From positions 123,280 to 187,279 of the forward strand of contig JBEKWM010000002.1 of NCBI GenBank assembly GCA_049513025.1: a stretch of DNA of 64,000 nt, given 5' to 3'. Below the pieces are notes generated by a model, which ran no database searches, had not been told where the DNA came from, and saw nothing but the letters and a program-made list of their open reading frames with translations. The translations under genes and the position numbers were made by a program. Numbering within the stretch: position 1 is the first letter of the stretch; every line of letters begins with the position of its first letter. This stretch comes from Sedimentisphaerales bacterium. Its GTDB lineage: Bacteria; Planctomycetota; Phycisphaerae; Sedimentisphaerales; Anaerobacaceae. Shown here piece by piece: positions 9,505 through 19,140 of the stretch.

Positions 9505-11199
9505 TTACTTCGACTCGGAGTTGCCGAATTCGTGGAAACCGGATTCTGCTGCTTCTGTTGTTTGCTGAGCATTCGACAGGTCGTTGTTCGCAAATAGCCG
9601 CCCGTTTGTCATATCAGTGGTCTGCAGAAAAACGCCTGTTCCTTCAGCCGCCCTGCAATTTAGAATTATTGCACCATTCACTTTGTCGAGGACAATAGCG
9701 GCCCTGCTGTCGCCGAGATGCGCCTGTCTGCCAATGAAACCGTCAATTTCAACGTTGCTGACGTTCTCGCACCATATACTATTGCTGAAAAAATCGGGCA
9801 AACCTTCCTCCCATTCGGTCTCGAATCCGCTGATTTTCAGCCCGGCCACGTCTTTGCAGTAAATCGCCGGTATATCGTGCTTGAATTGTGCCGTGGCCAA
9901 ATCGGCGCTTGTCCGCAGGTCAAAATTCCCGCCGTATGATGTGCTCAGCGGGCCGTTTTTTATTTTTACTTTGACGTTGTCGAAAGCGAGGTCTTTAATG
10001 ACGCTGTCCTTGCTGCCCCAAACGACGATACCGCTTTGCGACTCGGCAATTATATTTGAGAAGCGAACGTTTTTTATCTGGCCGAGTTTTTTTATGTCTG
10101 GAGCGTTAGGAACGGCGGAAACCTGGATGGGTTCCGCGTGTCCCCACCAGTGTCCCGTGTGCAGACGGGTTTGAATAATGATATTCGAAAAAAGCACGTT
10201 TTCAACCGATGCCTCGTCGCGGACGTTGACGAGCAGGCCGCGGTTTGATTCGCGGATGATAATATTTGAAAAAGTGCAGTTTTTAATGTCCCCCCCTGTG
10301 TAGCCGACGCGAAGCGCGGTCGAGCGGGATTGCAGCGTGCAGTTGGTCACGGTTATATTTTCGGTTTTACCCGGCCCGAGGGGCTCTCCGCCGAGAATCT
10401 GATGATGGCGGGAGTCGCCTATCGAGGTAATGGCAATACCATCGTCGCCTGCGGAGATAATACAATCGCTGATATGAACGTTGGCGCACGAAGTGCAGTG
10501 AATGCCATCGTTATTGGGTACTACAAGGGGATTATCTATGTGAACTCCTGAAACGACAACGTCCCTGCATCGGTCCAGATGAACCGTCCAGAGCGGGGCA
10601 TCGGTGATTGTAACATCCCAAATCAGCACATTCTTGCAGAGCGAAAAAGCGACAAGCCGGCCGGGTCTTTCGTAAGGAATAACCGGCCCATCCGCTGTGC
10701 CGAACTTCGGGTCCATATATTCCCTGCCCTGGCGCGTAAATTTCGGGTCAAAATCGCCAAACCTCTCGGCCCCGGTGCGTGTGCTGGCCATATCCATAAA
10801 ACTTGTCCCGCTGCCGTCGATAACGCCCCGGCCGATGATTGCGATATTGTCTGCGTTTGCAGCCGATATGAGGCCGTATCTTTGACCGTTGACGATATAA
10901 TCGTTGAGGTCTGCGCTGCCTTTGAGAACCGCGCCAGCTTCAAGATGCAGGGTGGTGTTGGCATACACCCGTATCGGCCCTGTGCGAAATGTACCCGGCG
11001 GAACCGTTACCGTGCCGCCGCCTGTCTTTGCGCAGGCGGAAAGGGCCTTATTAATCGGGGCGGTATTGAGCGTCTTTGCGTCACCCACCGCGCCAAAGTC
11101 GGTTATGACAAAAGTGCCGGACGTGTTCTTGGCGCAGGAACTCAAGCCAAACGCGGATATTATTGCCGCCAACAACAAAATAATTTTGCGAAGGTACAT
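9505..11199 (-). CDS. glycoside hydrolase family 28-like (polygalacturonase/pectin-lyase-fold) lipoprotein
   Basis: Signal MYLRKIILLLAAIISAFGLSSC. Motifs TDFGAVGDAKTLNT and NNDGIH...AGDDGIAI (GH28 catalytic-type Asp motifs). Periodic beta-helix repeats. Confidence 0.8.
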   Translation of the reverse strand: MYLRKIILLLAAIISAFGLSSCAKNTSGTFVITDFGAVGDAKTLNTAPINKALSACAKTGGGTVTVPPGTFRTGPIRVYANTTLHLEAGAVLKGSADLNDYIVNGQRYGLISAANADNIAIIGRGVIDGSGTSFMDMASTRTGAERFGDFDPKFTRQGREYMDPKFGTADGPVIPYERPGRLVAFSLCKNVLIWDVTITDAPLWTVHLDRCRDVVVSGVHIDNPLVVPNNDGIHCTSCANVHISDCIISAGDDGIAITSIGDSRHHQILGGEPLGPGKTENITVTNCTLQSRSTALRVGYTGGDIKNCTFSNIIIRESNRGLLVNVRDEASVENVLFSNIIIQTRLHTGHWWGHAEPIQVSAVPNAPDIKKLGQIKNVRFSNIIAESQSGIVVWGSKDSVIKDLAFDNVKVKIKNGPLSTSYGGNFDLRTSADLATAQFKHDIPAIYCKDVAGLKISGFETEWEEGLPDFFSNSIWCENVSNVEIDGFIGRQAHLGDSRAAIVLDKVNGAIILNCRAAEGTGVFLQTTDMTNGRLFANNDLSNAQQTTEAAESGFHEFGNSESK

Positions 11200-11205
11200 A
11201 TTCCC

Positions 11206-12633
11206 TCATGCAAGATAGATTTTATCCCCGGGTTTTATTGCGGGTATCTTGTCGCGTTTTTTAACGACGTCTTCTCTTGTCAGGGCAAAACTCGGCGCAA
11301 TCTCGACAATGCAATCTGGCGAGCCGTCCGGTTTTCTTGGAATTTTCACGCCCGCCGATTCGAGCCAGGCAGCCGCACGGTCAATCATCATTTGCCTTGT
11401 TGTTTCGACGCTGTCAACACCCGTGGCGTTTTTGGTCGGGGCGAATTCTTCGCTGCGGAGGGTTTGCAGAATAATCGACTCTTTGCAAAGCGGCAGTGCG
11501 TCGAAGACAAAGCTCTCGAGTTTAACACCGTTCGGCTCTTTTGGTTCAACACGCTGCCCCTTATCATTTATATGGGAAATTTTCTTTATCGCCCTGTGCA
11601 TCGGCAGGACAAATCCGTGATTGTTAAGCCGGTCGACAAAATTGACGCTTATGATGTGAATGGCGATACTGCCAAGCTCAAAAACCAGCGAGCCGTCCGG
11701 ATTTTCCTTTTTGGCAAGCTCGTCCGGCAAATCGATGTATTCGATGACAGTAACTTTCCCGTCGGCTAAACAGAAGTTGCCGAGTTTTTCAAACGGGCCT
11801 GTTTTAACAAGCGCCTTCGAGGACATCTCCGCGCCGTCGAGGGCATGCAGGCCGATGAACAGCGGGTCAAAGATATTTATGAGAGGATTATCTACCTGCC
11901 AGTAGCTTATGAACTCGATGCCGCGTTTTTTCATATCAGCCAGCGCGCCGCTGTTGTAGAGCGCGCGCAAGCTGCCCCCGTGACCGTCGGGAGAACAGGC
12001 AATCGCGTCTATATCAGCAAGCAGGATTTTGCCGTCGAGCGAAAAATTGGGCAGTGTTCCCTGCTGGAATATGAATACGTCTTTTTTATTCAGTCCGTAA
12101 TAATTGTTGGCGGAAAAAATATCCAGCGTCTGCTGATGATTCAGGGGGCTGGTCATAATATACCATGGACAGCGGGTATTGTTTTTTTCGCAGGCGGCCA
12201 AAATATCCTCGGCGAATATCGCAAAGAGCGTCTTGTTTTTGACGGGGCTTATGGGAAAGTTCCCTTTCGGCCCGTCGAAACCCAGCCGGGTCCCCTGCCC
12301 GCCGGCAACTACAAACGCCGCGACCTTACCCTGCGAAATCAGCTTGTCACCCAGTTGACGCGCCTGGCCGTATTTCCCTCGCTGGCCGGCATCGCTCGGC
12401 TGATGGGCGTAAAATGGAGCAGGCGCGAGCTTGACGGGCAGCTTGAAAGGGGCGGTGTTCATAACAAACTCTGCCCGCCAGCGATCTAACTGGACAAAGT
12501 CCAGTTGGCCAATCTGGGCGAGAAGCCGTTCCTGCCTGGCTGGGTCAAGCCGGGCCCAGAAGGCCAAAAGGCGGGTCTCTCCATATTTTTTTAGAACTTT
12601 CTGAAGATTTTGAAGCTCACTTTGGTCAGTCAT
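11206..12633 (-). CDS. UDP-sugar / UDP-N-acetylhexosamine pyrophosphorylase (UDPGP/UAP1 family)
   Basis: 475 aa. AGGQGTRLGFDGPKG nucleotide-binding loop and overall UDPGP layout. Confidence 0.85.
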   Translation of the reverse strand: MTDQSELQNLQKVLKKYGETRLLAFWARLDPARQERLLAQIGQLDFVQLDRWRAEFVMNTAPFKLPVKLAPAPFYAHQPSDAGQRGKYGQARQLGDKLISQGKVAAFVVAGGQGTRLGFDGPKGNFPISPVKNKTLFAIFAEDILAACEKNNTRCPWYIMTSPLNHQQTLDIFSANNYYGLNKKDVFIFQQGTLPNFSLDGKILLADIDAIACSPDGHGGSLRALYNSGALADMKKRGIEFISYWQVDNPLINIFDPLFIGLHALDGAEMSSKALVKTGPFEKLGNFCLADGKVTVIEYIDLPDELAKKENPDGSLVFELGSIAIHIISVNFVDRLNNHGFVLPMHRAIKKISHINDKGQRVEPKEPNGVKLESFVFDALPLCKESIILQTLRSEEFAPTKNATGVDSVETTRQMMIDRAAAWLESAGVKIPRKPDGSPDCIVEIAPSFALTREDVVKKRDKIPAIKPGDKIYLA

Positions 12634-12719
12634 AGGCCTTTTCCCACGTCAAAAACGCCCTTTATAAGGTATCAGACCGAAATTTTCAAGGAATATAGCA
12701 TTTTTTGCCGAAAACCCTC

Positions 12720-12748
12720 TTGACAATAGTATTGGGCGGCACTATACT
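12720..12748 (+). promoter_or_regulatory. near-consensus sigma70 promoter (TTGACA-17 nt-TATACT)
   Basis: TTGACA at 12720-12725 and TATACT at 12743-12748. The next + strand CDS starts only at 13107. Confidence 0.45.
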
Positions 12749-13106
12749 AAAAAATAGAGTAAGGTAGGCAGGTAAGTAAGTTAATATCATAATGTGAGCC
12801 GTAATTATAAATTGTACCCTACCAAATATCGTAACCTGCCTATGAGAAGTGGTTTTGCCTTGCTTAACTCGAATTGGCGGCATTTCAAGTCAAGGTTAAG
12901 GCAACCAACAAGTCCTATAAAATCTGGTCTAAAAAAGTTTTTTGCCGGCTGATTCCGAGCGAAATAGTGTAACAGTGAGATTCGCGGGGAATTACGGAAA
13001 GTATTGTGTGGTAGAGAGCAGGTTGCATTAATCCGTCTGAAACCATGTTCAATTGTGCTTAGGACGGCCGGATAGCGAATCTCAAAATGTGTAAAGGAGA
13101 AGACAA

Positions 13107-14138
13107 ATGAGAAAGAAAGGTTTTACGTTGGTTGAGCTGCTGGTCGTCATAGCGATCATAGCTCTGCTGATGGGTATCCTGATGCCGGCTCTGGCAAGGG
13201 TCAGGATGATTGCCAACCGTATGGTCTGCGGGGCAAACATGTCGGGCATAGGCAAGGCGCTGCTGCTGTATGCAGGCGACTCTCAGGAGGCATACCCAAT
13301 GCCAGGTTATAACACACTCCCCGTAGTTTACGCCACGCTAGGCCACATTGATACTACTTATTGGGACGGCACCGGCACTCTGGCCCAGGCCTTCGTGGGG
13401 TCAGGTACCACTGGCGGCAATGCAACCATAGGTTCACTGCTCTATATGCTCGTAAAATATGAGGACGTCTCGCCAAAACAGTTTAACTGCAAGGGCGACT
13501 CCGGCGCTGAGATTTTCAAGCTCACAACCTATACCGCCACGACACAGACAGACCTGACCAAGGTCTATGATTTCGGCACGGTGCCAGGCAAGCATAACAG
13601 CTATGCCTACCATTTTCCCTTTGCCAGATTGGCAAATGGCACGGCGGGGGGGTTCCCGATATCCGTTAACAACCAGCCGGGTTGTCCGCTCTTGGCAGAT
13701 AGAAACCCGGGGATGGACAAGAATGCGGCTACTTATATATTGGGCGGAACGACTGCAGGCGGGACACTGCCTGCTGGCACGACAGCTGATTTGCCTGGCT
13801 TGCCTGCGGTGTGGCAAAACAACAACAATGAATACAAGGACAAGGATTTGGTGTATAACGCGTATCCCCATCAGCGAGAAGGGCAAAACGTGTTGTACAA
13901 CGACGGCCACGTGAAATTTGAGACGACGACCAACGTGGGCATAAATAACGACAACATCTACCAAAGATGGGCAGCTCCATTCTGGGTAGCACCGACCGGT
14001 ACGTCAACAACGCCGGATAAGATAGGCGTGGAAGCGGCCGGGTACTTCCCGCGGGGGTCAAACGCGGGGATAACCTACACCGACTTAGTACCGGGGGATG
14101 TCACAGATGCGATTTTGGTTAATGAGGTTAAGCCGTAA
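13107..14138 (+). CDS. prepilin-type N-terminal cleavage/methylation domain protein, DUF1559 (H-X9-DG) family pseudopilin
   Basis: AAGGAG RBS. N-terminus KKGFTLVELLVVIAIIALLMGILMPAL. H-X9-DG-like HQREGQNVLYNDGH near the C-terminus. Confidence 0.85.
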   Translation: MRKKGFTLVELLVVIAIIALLMGILMPALARVRMIANRMVCGANMSGIGKALLLYAGDSQEAYPMPGYNTLPVVYATLGHIDTTYWDGTGTLAQAFVGSGTTGGNATIGSLLYMLVKYEDVSPKQFNCKGDSGAEIFKLTTYTATTQTDLTKVYDFGTVPGKHNSYAYHFPFARLANGTAGGFPISVNNQPGCPLLADRNPGMDKNAATYILGGTTAGGTLPAGTTADLPGLPAVWQNNNNEYKDKDLVYNAYPHQREGQNVLYNDGHVKFETTTNVGINNDNIYQRWAAPFWVAPTGTSTTPDKIGVEAAGYFPRGSNAGITYTDLVPGDVTDAILVNEVKP

Positions 14139-14170
14139 TTAACAGCAACCGGTTGTTTTAGCTTTAATAC

Positions 14171-14209
14171 GCGGCCCTGCGCAGTATTGTGCGGGGCCGC
14201 TTTCATTTT
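14171..14209 (+). terminator. intrinsic terminator downstream of the pseudopilin gene
   Basis: GCGGCCC (14171-14177) pairs with GGGCCGC (14194-14200), followed by TTTCATTTT. Confidence 0.55.
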
Positions 14210-14379
14210 CACCCGGCAATGATAACCCCGCATTCGGCTTCAATCGCGACCCTCTTCCGCCGACACGCCAGAGCAGAATACCGATTTGACGTAGCGCGTC
14301 GAAGGACTGCAATCCTTAATTCCCTTTTCTTATATATATGCGCCAGCCCGCCAAATTACTCAAGCTATCAACTGTTCTA

Positions 14380-17300
14380 CTATCTATTTTCCAGTCGGGT
14401 GTCCAGAACATAAGACCTCAATATAAGGCCAGGAATACTGCTTCTCTTAGCTACTTCTTTCGCCTGCTCCTCAAAATGACTTTGAGCTTGTTCAATCATA
14501 TATTTGGGTGAATCCTGTTTTCTATAATCATTATATGCCCATTTATCGCAGACGAACCAACCCACCAAGTACATACCATGTGGGCATTGATTATCTTGTA
14601 GATATTTGCCAACAAGTTGAGTCTCCATCGCTATGTCTAATTCTTTATTCCAACATCCTTTCACCTCGATTATGGCTTTGATTATGTCGACGCTGCCTTT
14701 TGCTCTTGGATTGATAGCATCAATGTGAATATCTGTTTTCTGGCCACGACGGATTTGAACCTCCCTATTTACAATAATACCCCTACGCACGCTTAGGTCC
14801 TCGGCAATGTGTCTTGCGATATAATCGCAAAAATGCGGCTCATCTTTTGGGCAACACAAAGGTTTTTGGCTATTTCCTCGGTTATCCCAAAGATCATATA
14901 CCGCAGGCAATTCGTCATGAAGCTTCTTTTCTAACCGCTGGAGCGATTCAAATATCACATTAAGTAATTGCTCGCCGCTTTCAACGAAGGTCCGTTGATT
15001 GTCTTGTGCAAGAGAGATTATCTGCTCTGGAGAAAGGGGATTCCACGTCATAGCACGAGTATTCTTTTCAGCTTCCAAAATATGCCATTTCATCCAACCA
15101 AGATGGGGTAAAGCCTTTTCTATTCGTCGGATTTGCTCAAGGGATTGCTTTGTTCCACGCTCCTCTAAATGTCTTAAAAGTCCGTCTCTGAAGTCATCGA
15201 TACTCCTAACAGTATTGATTCCAGCTTTTTGGTATGGATATTGTTCTACCATCCAGAGATACATATCAGCCATTTGTTGTTCTGTAAGTTGCTCTGTGAA
15301 TAAAACTAAGTTGTCATGGCGATAATGTTCAACAGACCACTCTATTATTTCTTTGCCAAAAACCACATCGACTTGAATGGCAGGCCAGAGAACCGGCCAA
15401 GCTATATCGGGACAATTTCCAAATAATGATTCAGATATGATAATCGCTCGTTTTCGAGCTGCTTTATCTTGTGGAGGAGGCACAGGTATTACCGACTTAG
15501 CATATTCAACAACTGGCACAAACTCTTTTTTAATGAGGAAATTTAATAAATCACTAAAGGCTTCTATTTTCATATTTGCTGAAAGGATTTCTTCAAACAA
15601 GGCCTCGCCTAAGCGATGATCAAAAATATGTTGGATTCTCTCTATAATAAAAACATGACCGCTTTCATTGTTTTCCTTGCGAACAATCTTTATTAAAGCC
15701 TCGATTGTTTCTTTAGGTGCAGTTTTATAACAACTCGACATTATTGAATCGTGCGGTTCTTTTTCATAACCACTATTTAAAGGATAAGAAACAACTACTT
15801 GAGCCCATATCTTCCAAGAATCTGCTGACAAGTGCTCAACGAAATATGGATCAAATTTCATTAAAAGCGCCATAGCTCTATACCCGGCCATGTTAGGTCG
15901 ATAGTTGGTGTCGCCAAGCCAAGAGGCATCTATTGTAGGGGGATTCAATAGATATTTCTTTGCAGCACTTATGATTCTCTCTTTGATCTCCGTATCTGCT
16001 TCTTTCCATACTGGTAATGTTGTCAAATCATAATTGAATTCATCTTCGGGATGGTAGAGATTATCAGTTTTGAGTGTCATAATAAGATTGATCATCCACC
16101 AAGCATTAATGTCGCCTCTTTCAAATTTATTAAGAAGCGAAAGCACCCGTTTTTTGGGTGATGGCTTAAAGAATAAACGTATATTTCTTCTCTTTGGAAG
16201 TCGATGGAATTTCATGTACCAATAAAAATTCCTTACTCTGATGTTTAGTATATATATGGGCTTGAGAAGTTTTAAAGAATAACCAAATATCCTTCCGAGA
16301 AAAGGATATTTTCGACGAAATTTAAGCAAACGATCAAAGTTCCACGGAAAGGATGTTCGAGGAAAGTAACGTAGTAACCCACCCCAAAGTTCCGCTTCTT
16401 CTTGTGTTGCATTATTATACTGTTCGATCAGCCAATCTATATCCTGTTCTGTAACTAATGGAACCAATGTTACAATCAGATGTATGGCTATTTTTTGTTT
16501 GATAAATAATGGCGCAATTTCTTTTACTATTATTCGACGTTTTTGGGTATCTTTTGCTATCTCTTTATTAAAAGATTGCTCGTTGCCTGGAACAATTTGC
16601 TCGTAATTTCTTATTAGCTCAAATACTGCTCGAGTAAAAGGTTTCACAAGTGTCGGCATATCAAGTAAATATTTCCATGCAGCCGGTACGATGCGTTCTC
16701 GTATTCGTTCAGTATCTGAGTGATATCCCCATTTTTTGGGATTATCTGCAATCCAATCTAAAGCATAGGTAAGATCATCAGGTTTAAGATTCTTATCAAG
16801 TTCCTCAGATAATTTCCCAAGAAAAATGAAGTAAGAACCCAAAAAATCTTGTTTTTTGGGGGGAGTAAGAGCAATGAAAAGTTCCTTTGCTGTCATTAAA
16901 TCTGGCCAACATGCCAATAGAGCACAACCCTTTAATTCGTCCTCAGGGTCATCCCCTAACTCACCGAAAACAAGTGGCTTTAATTTGAGTTTGGATTCAG
17001 AATCACCCATATTCGTAATTGCATAACCAGATTTTTGACGTATAAATATTTTGTCATTCTGGTCGAGTGCAACTGCTACAAGATTCGGCAAAACCTCTTT
17101 AACATCACATTCCCAAGCAATTTCTATAGCAACTCGCCTTACTAAGAAACCCTTACTTTTATCGTCAATATATGGCCGAACTTGTTCTGCGAGAGATGGA
17201 TGTTTCAATTTGTGATAGTATCCACGCATGTCCCTGTCTATTAATCTTTCTTGTTCGAACATCATTAATAATTTTTCGACTAATCGTTTTCTATCTTCAA

Positions 17301-18591
17301 CATCAAATGATGAAACATCACTCCTGAGAAGAACTTCTGGATCATTTTCCAAAATGCTTGTCAGGATATTGTCATTATCATTTGCTACCCATGCCGCTGT
17401 TTCGTACAATTGAGGAATAAGTTTCCCTTGGTTATCAGAAGGATTGACTAACAAGCCCATGATTTGATTTTCACTCATCGAACTTACAGACAAATATCTC
17501 GCCGCAAGAAATTCCGCATAAGTTTGGTGCGCCCAGCCCATTCTATGAGGACCTAGCGATGTGAAAAGACCTGTCCGAAGTGTAGCCATGACCAAGTCAT
17601 TTGTTACTAATATATTCTCGCCGTTTACTTTTTCGCTGCCCCCCAATAGCTCACCAATCCTAACAGCTTCCTCTAAAACGTCGCCATTGTCGATGTCATT
17701 CCAGACAGCATATTTATTCCCAAAAATTGTAGCGGCGGCTATTCGACTAGCAGTATTCAGAAGTATGTCTGATTGATAATGGGATGTAATTCCAGTTTCT
17801 CGACGTCTTTCGTCTGGTTCTTCACACAATATATTACATCCCTTCTCGTATAATTCAGATTGTTTGGCCGGGAAAGTCCCTTCTGCTTTATAGACTTTAA
17901 CTAGCATATTGAGTGTTACCGGCTTGATAGCGAAGGGCTGGGCGTAATTTGATATGATTAAATCTATGAACTTATCGGGATTATTTACATCTTCAGATTG
18001 TGCCGCATTGCGGACATCTTTTTTTCTAAGCGGTGCTAATTTGTATACTTTGACTTTTTCTTTGTCATAAAGATGCCCTAAACCTTTCTCGAATGAATTG
18101 GGCCATTCTGCAGTCCTGCATGCGATTCTTAAAAATAATCTTTCTTTCAATTTCTGATATTTTGAAAACTCTTCTTCCAGCAACGAAGTTACAGTGTCCA
18201 GCCGAAGCAAACATTCATCAAGACTATCTAAAAACAAATGAAGGTAATGTGTGCCCTTGGTCCATCTTATAAACTTTTCGTCTTCAAATATTTTGGAATA
18301 AAGACGGGTTCCTTCACTAATTGACTTTAAATTAACAAAAAGACATTCATTTTTAAATTGAGTAACGCATTGATTATAAAAATTACTGATTTCAAAGGAT
18401 TTCCCAATCCCGGGTTCGCCAAGGAGAACCAGATACTGCTGTGTGTGAAGATTTTCTGTGGATATAAGGTTCGGATTTGAAAATTTACCGTAGTCATCAT
18501 CTGGGTCGGTAAGAAATCTATTATCACCCAACTGATATTCAGTCTCTCGTGGGCACCAGAATCGTTTCCAGTTGTAATCCTTTTCCGGCAT
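14380..18591 (-). CDS. STAND/NACHT-type P-loop NTPase with long helical region and C-terminal PD-(D/E)xK nuclease-like domain
   Basis: The ORF is open to a TTG at 18639; the first ATG is 18591. Walker A LLGEPGIGKS (nt 18397-18420). Walker B-like LHLFLDSLDE. About 1,000 aa predicted helical. C-terminus TDIHID...IIEVKG (nt 14659-14733) is a D...E-x-K motif. Visibly AT-rich compared with both flanks. Confidence 0.85.
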   Translation of the reverse strand: MPEKDYNWKRFWCPRETEYQLGDNRFLTDPDDDYGKFSNPNLISTENLHTQQYLVLLGEPGIGKSFEISNFYNQCVTQFKNECLFVNLKSISEGTRLYSKIFEDEKFIRWTKGTHYLHLFLDSLDECLLRLDTVTSLLEEEFSKYQKLKERLFLRIACRTAEWPNSFEKGLGHLYDKEKVKVYKLAPLRKKDVRNAAQSEDVNNPDKFIDLIISNYAQPFAIKPVTLNMLVKVYKAEGTFPAKQSELYEKGCNILCEEPDERRRETGITSHYQSDILLNTASRIAAATIFGNKYAVWNDIDNGDVLEEAVRIGELLGGSEKVNGENILVTNDLVMATLRTGLFTSLGPHRMGWAHQTYAEFLAARYLSVSSMSENQIMGLLVNPSDNQGKLIPQLYETAAWVANDNDNILTSILENDPEVLLRSDVSSFDVEDRKRLVEKLLMMFEQERLIDRDMRGYYHKLKHPSLAEQVRPYIDDKSKGFLVRRVAIEIAWECDVKEVLPNLVAVALDQNDKIFIRQKSGYAITNMGDSESKLKLKPLVFGELGDDPEDELKGCALLACWPDLMTAKELFIALTPPKKQDFLGSYFIFLGKLSEELDKNLKPDDLTYALDWIADNPKKWGYHSDTERIRERIVPAAWKYLLDMPTLVKPFTRAVFELIRNYEQIVPGNEQSFNKEIAKDTQKRRIIVKEIAPLFIKQKIAIHLIVTLVPLVTEQDIDWLIEQYNNATQEEAELWGGLLRYFPRTSFPWNFDRLLKFRRKYPFLGRIFGYSLKLLKPIYILNIRVRNFYWYMKFHRLPKRRNIRLFFKPSPKKRVLSLLNKFERGDINAWWMINLIMTLKTDNLYHPEDEFNYDLTTLPVWKEADTEIKERIISAAKKYLLNPPTIDASWLGDTNYRPNMAGYRAMALLMKFDPYFVEHLSADSWKIWAQVVVSYPLNSGYEKEPHDSIMSSCYKTAPKETIEALIKIVRKENNESGHVFIIERIQHIFDHRLGEALFEEILSANMKIEAFSDLLNFLIKKEFVPVVEYAKSVIPVPPPQDKAARKRAIIISESLFGNCPDIAWPVLWPAIQVDVVFGKEIIEWSVEHYRHDNLVLFTEQLTEQQMADMYLWMVEQYPYQKAGINTVRSIDDFRDGLLRHLEERGTKQSLEQIRRIEKALPHLGWMKWHILEAEKNTRAMTWNPLSPEQIISLAQDNQRTFVESGEQLLNVIFESLQRLEKKLHDELPAVYDLWDNRGNSQKPLCCPKDEPHFCDYIARHIAEDLSVRRGIIVNREVQIRRGQKTDIHIDAINPRAKGSVDIIKAIIEVKGCWNKELDIAMETQLVGKYLQDNQCPHGMYLVGWFVCDKWAYNDYRKQDSPKYMIEQAQSHFEEQAKEVAKRSSIPGLILRSYVLDTRLENR

Positions 18592-18657
18592 ACAATTATT
18601 AGTCCGCAATCTTCCAGCCTTGAGTTTCTGTAAAACCAATTTATCCGCCTGTGGTGG

Positions 18658-18686
18658 ACTATAAATCCTTACAAACGAGGTGTCAA
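18658..18686 (-). promoter_or_regulatory. near-consensus sigma70 promoter for the NACHT gene (TTGACA-17 nt-TATAGT on the - strand)
   Basis: The + strand shows ACTATA at 18658-18663 and TGTCAA at 18681-18686. The predicted TSS lies about 60 nt upstream of ATG 18591. Confidence 0.4.
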
Positions 18687-18887
18687 ACGTTTGTTTTGGG
18701 TGATTTGCCCGGCGGTATCCAAACTACGACATACGATATACGAACGACAAAATACAAACCGTAACGCCCGATAACATTACAAACTCATCGCTCTCCTGTC
18801 GTGGCCATATAAATCTCGAAAATATAAAAAACAACAAAACTCGCCGCGTTGGCCGTTTATTGTGCCCGCCCGATTCCGCCTTCGTTA

Positions 18888-18916
18888 TTGACGAGCCGAC
18901 TAAAAACCGTTATTAT
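18888..18916 (+). promoter_or_regulatory. tRNA-Leu promoter (TTGACG-17 nt-TATTAT)
   Basis: -35 at 18888-18893 and -10 at 18911-18916, 11 nt before the mature tRNA 5' end. Confidence 0.45.
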
Positions 18917-18927
18917 CGGCTCAACAA

Positions 18928-19011
18928 GCGGATGTGGCGGAACTGGCAGACGCGCAGGCTTCAGGAGCCTGTGGGCTCACGCTCGTGGAGGTTCGACTCC
19001 TCTCATCCGCA
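18928..19011 (+). tRNA. tRNA-Leu (anticodon CAG), type II with long variable arm, CCA not encoded
   Basis: Hand-folded. Acceptor GCGGATG/CATCCGC + discriminator A. D-stem GCG/CGC. Anticodon stem CAGGC/GCCTG with loop TTCAGGA. 16-nt variable arm. T-arm GGAGG-TTCGACT-CCTCT. Confidence 0.93.
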
Positions 19012-19140
19012 TTACCTCGCCATTATTCTTGCGGGCTTTCCGCGTCAACTCAGGACTTAACGAAGGGGCCTTGCCAGGCCGATAAATACCTGGGCTAAAC
19101 TTGTATTCTCAGGACGTCTTTTTCGAGACGCTAAAAACTT

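Noticed and set aside
10579-11769. 396-aa + strand ORF spanning the GH28 and UDPGP genes
   Set aside because: It is antisense to two well-supported - strand genes. Its composition is Arg/Ala/Cys-rich shadow-frame, with no motif or RBS.
12686-12883. 65-aa - strand ORF in the UDPGP/pseudopilin divergent spacer
   Set aside because: It has no RBS and a hydrophobic low-complexity translation. It overlaps the consensus promoter and the leader stems on the other strand.
18928-19011. tRNA-Leu as the attachment site of a classical integrative island carrying the NACHT gene
   Set aside because: The AT-rich block lies on the promoter (5') side of the tRNA. I found no integrase or excisionase and no direct repeat of the tRNA 3' end at 14.1-14.4 kb.
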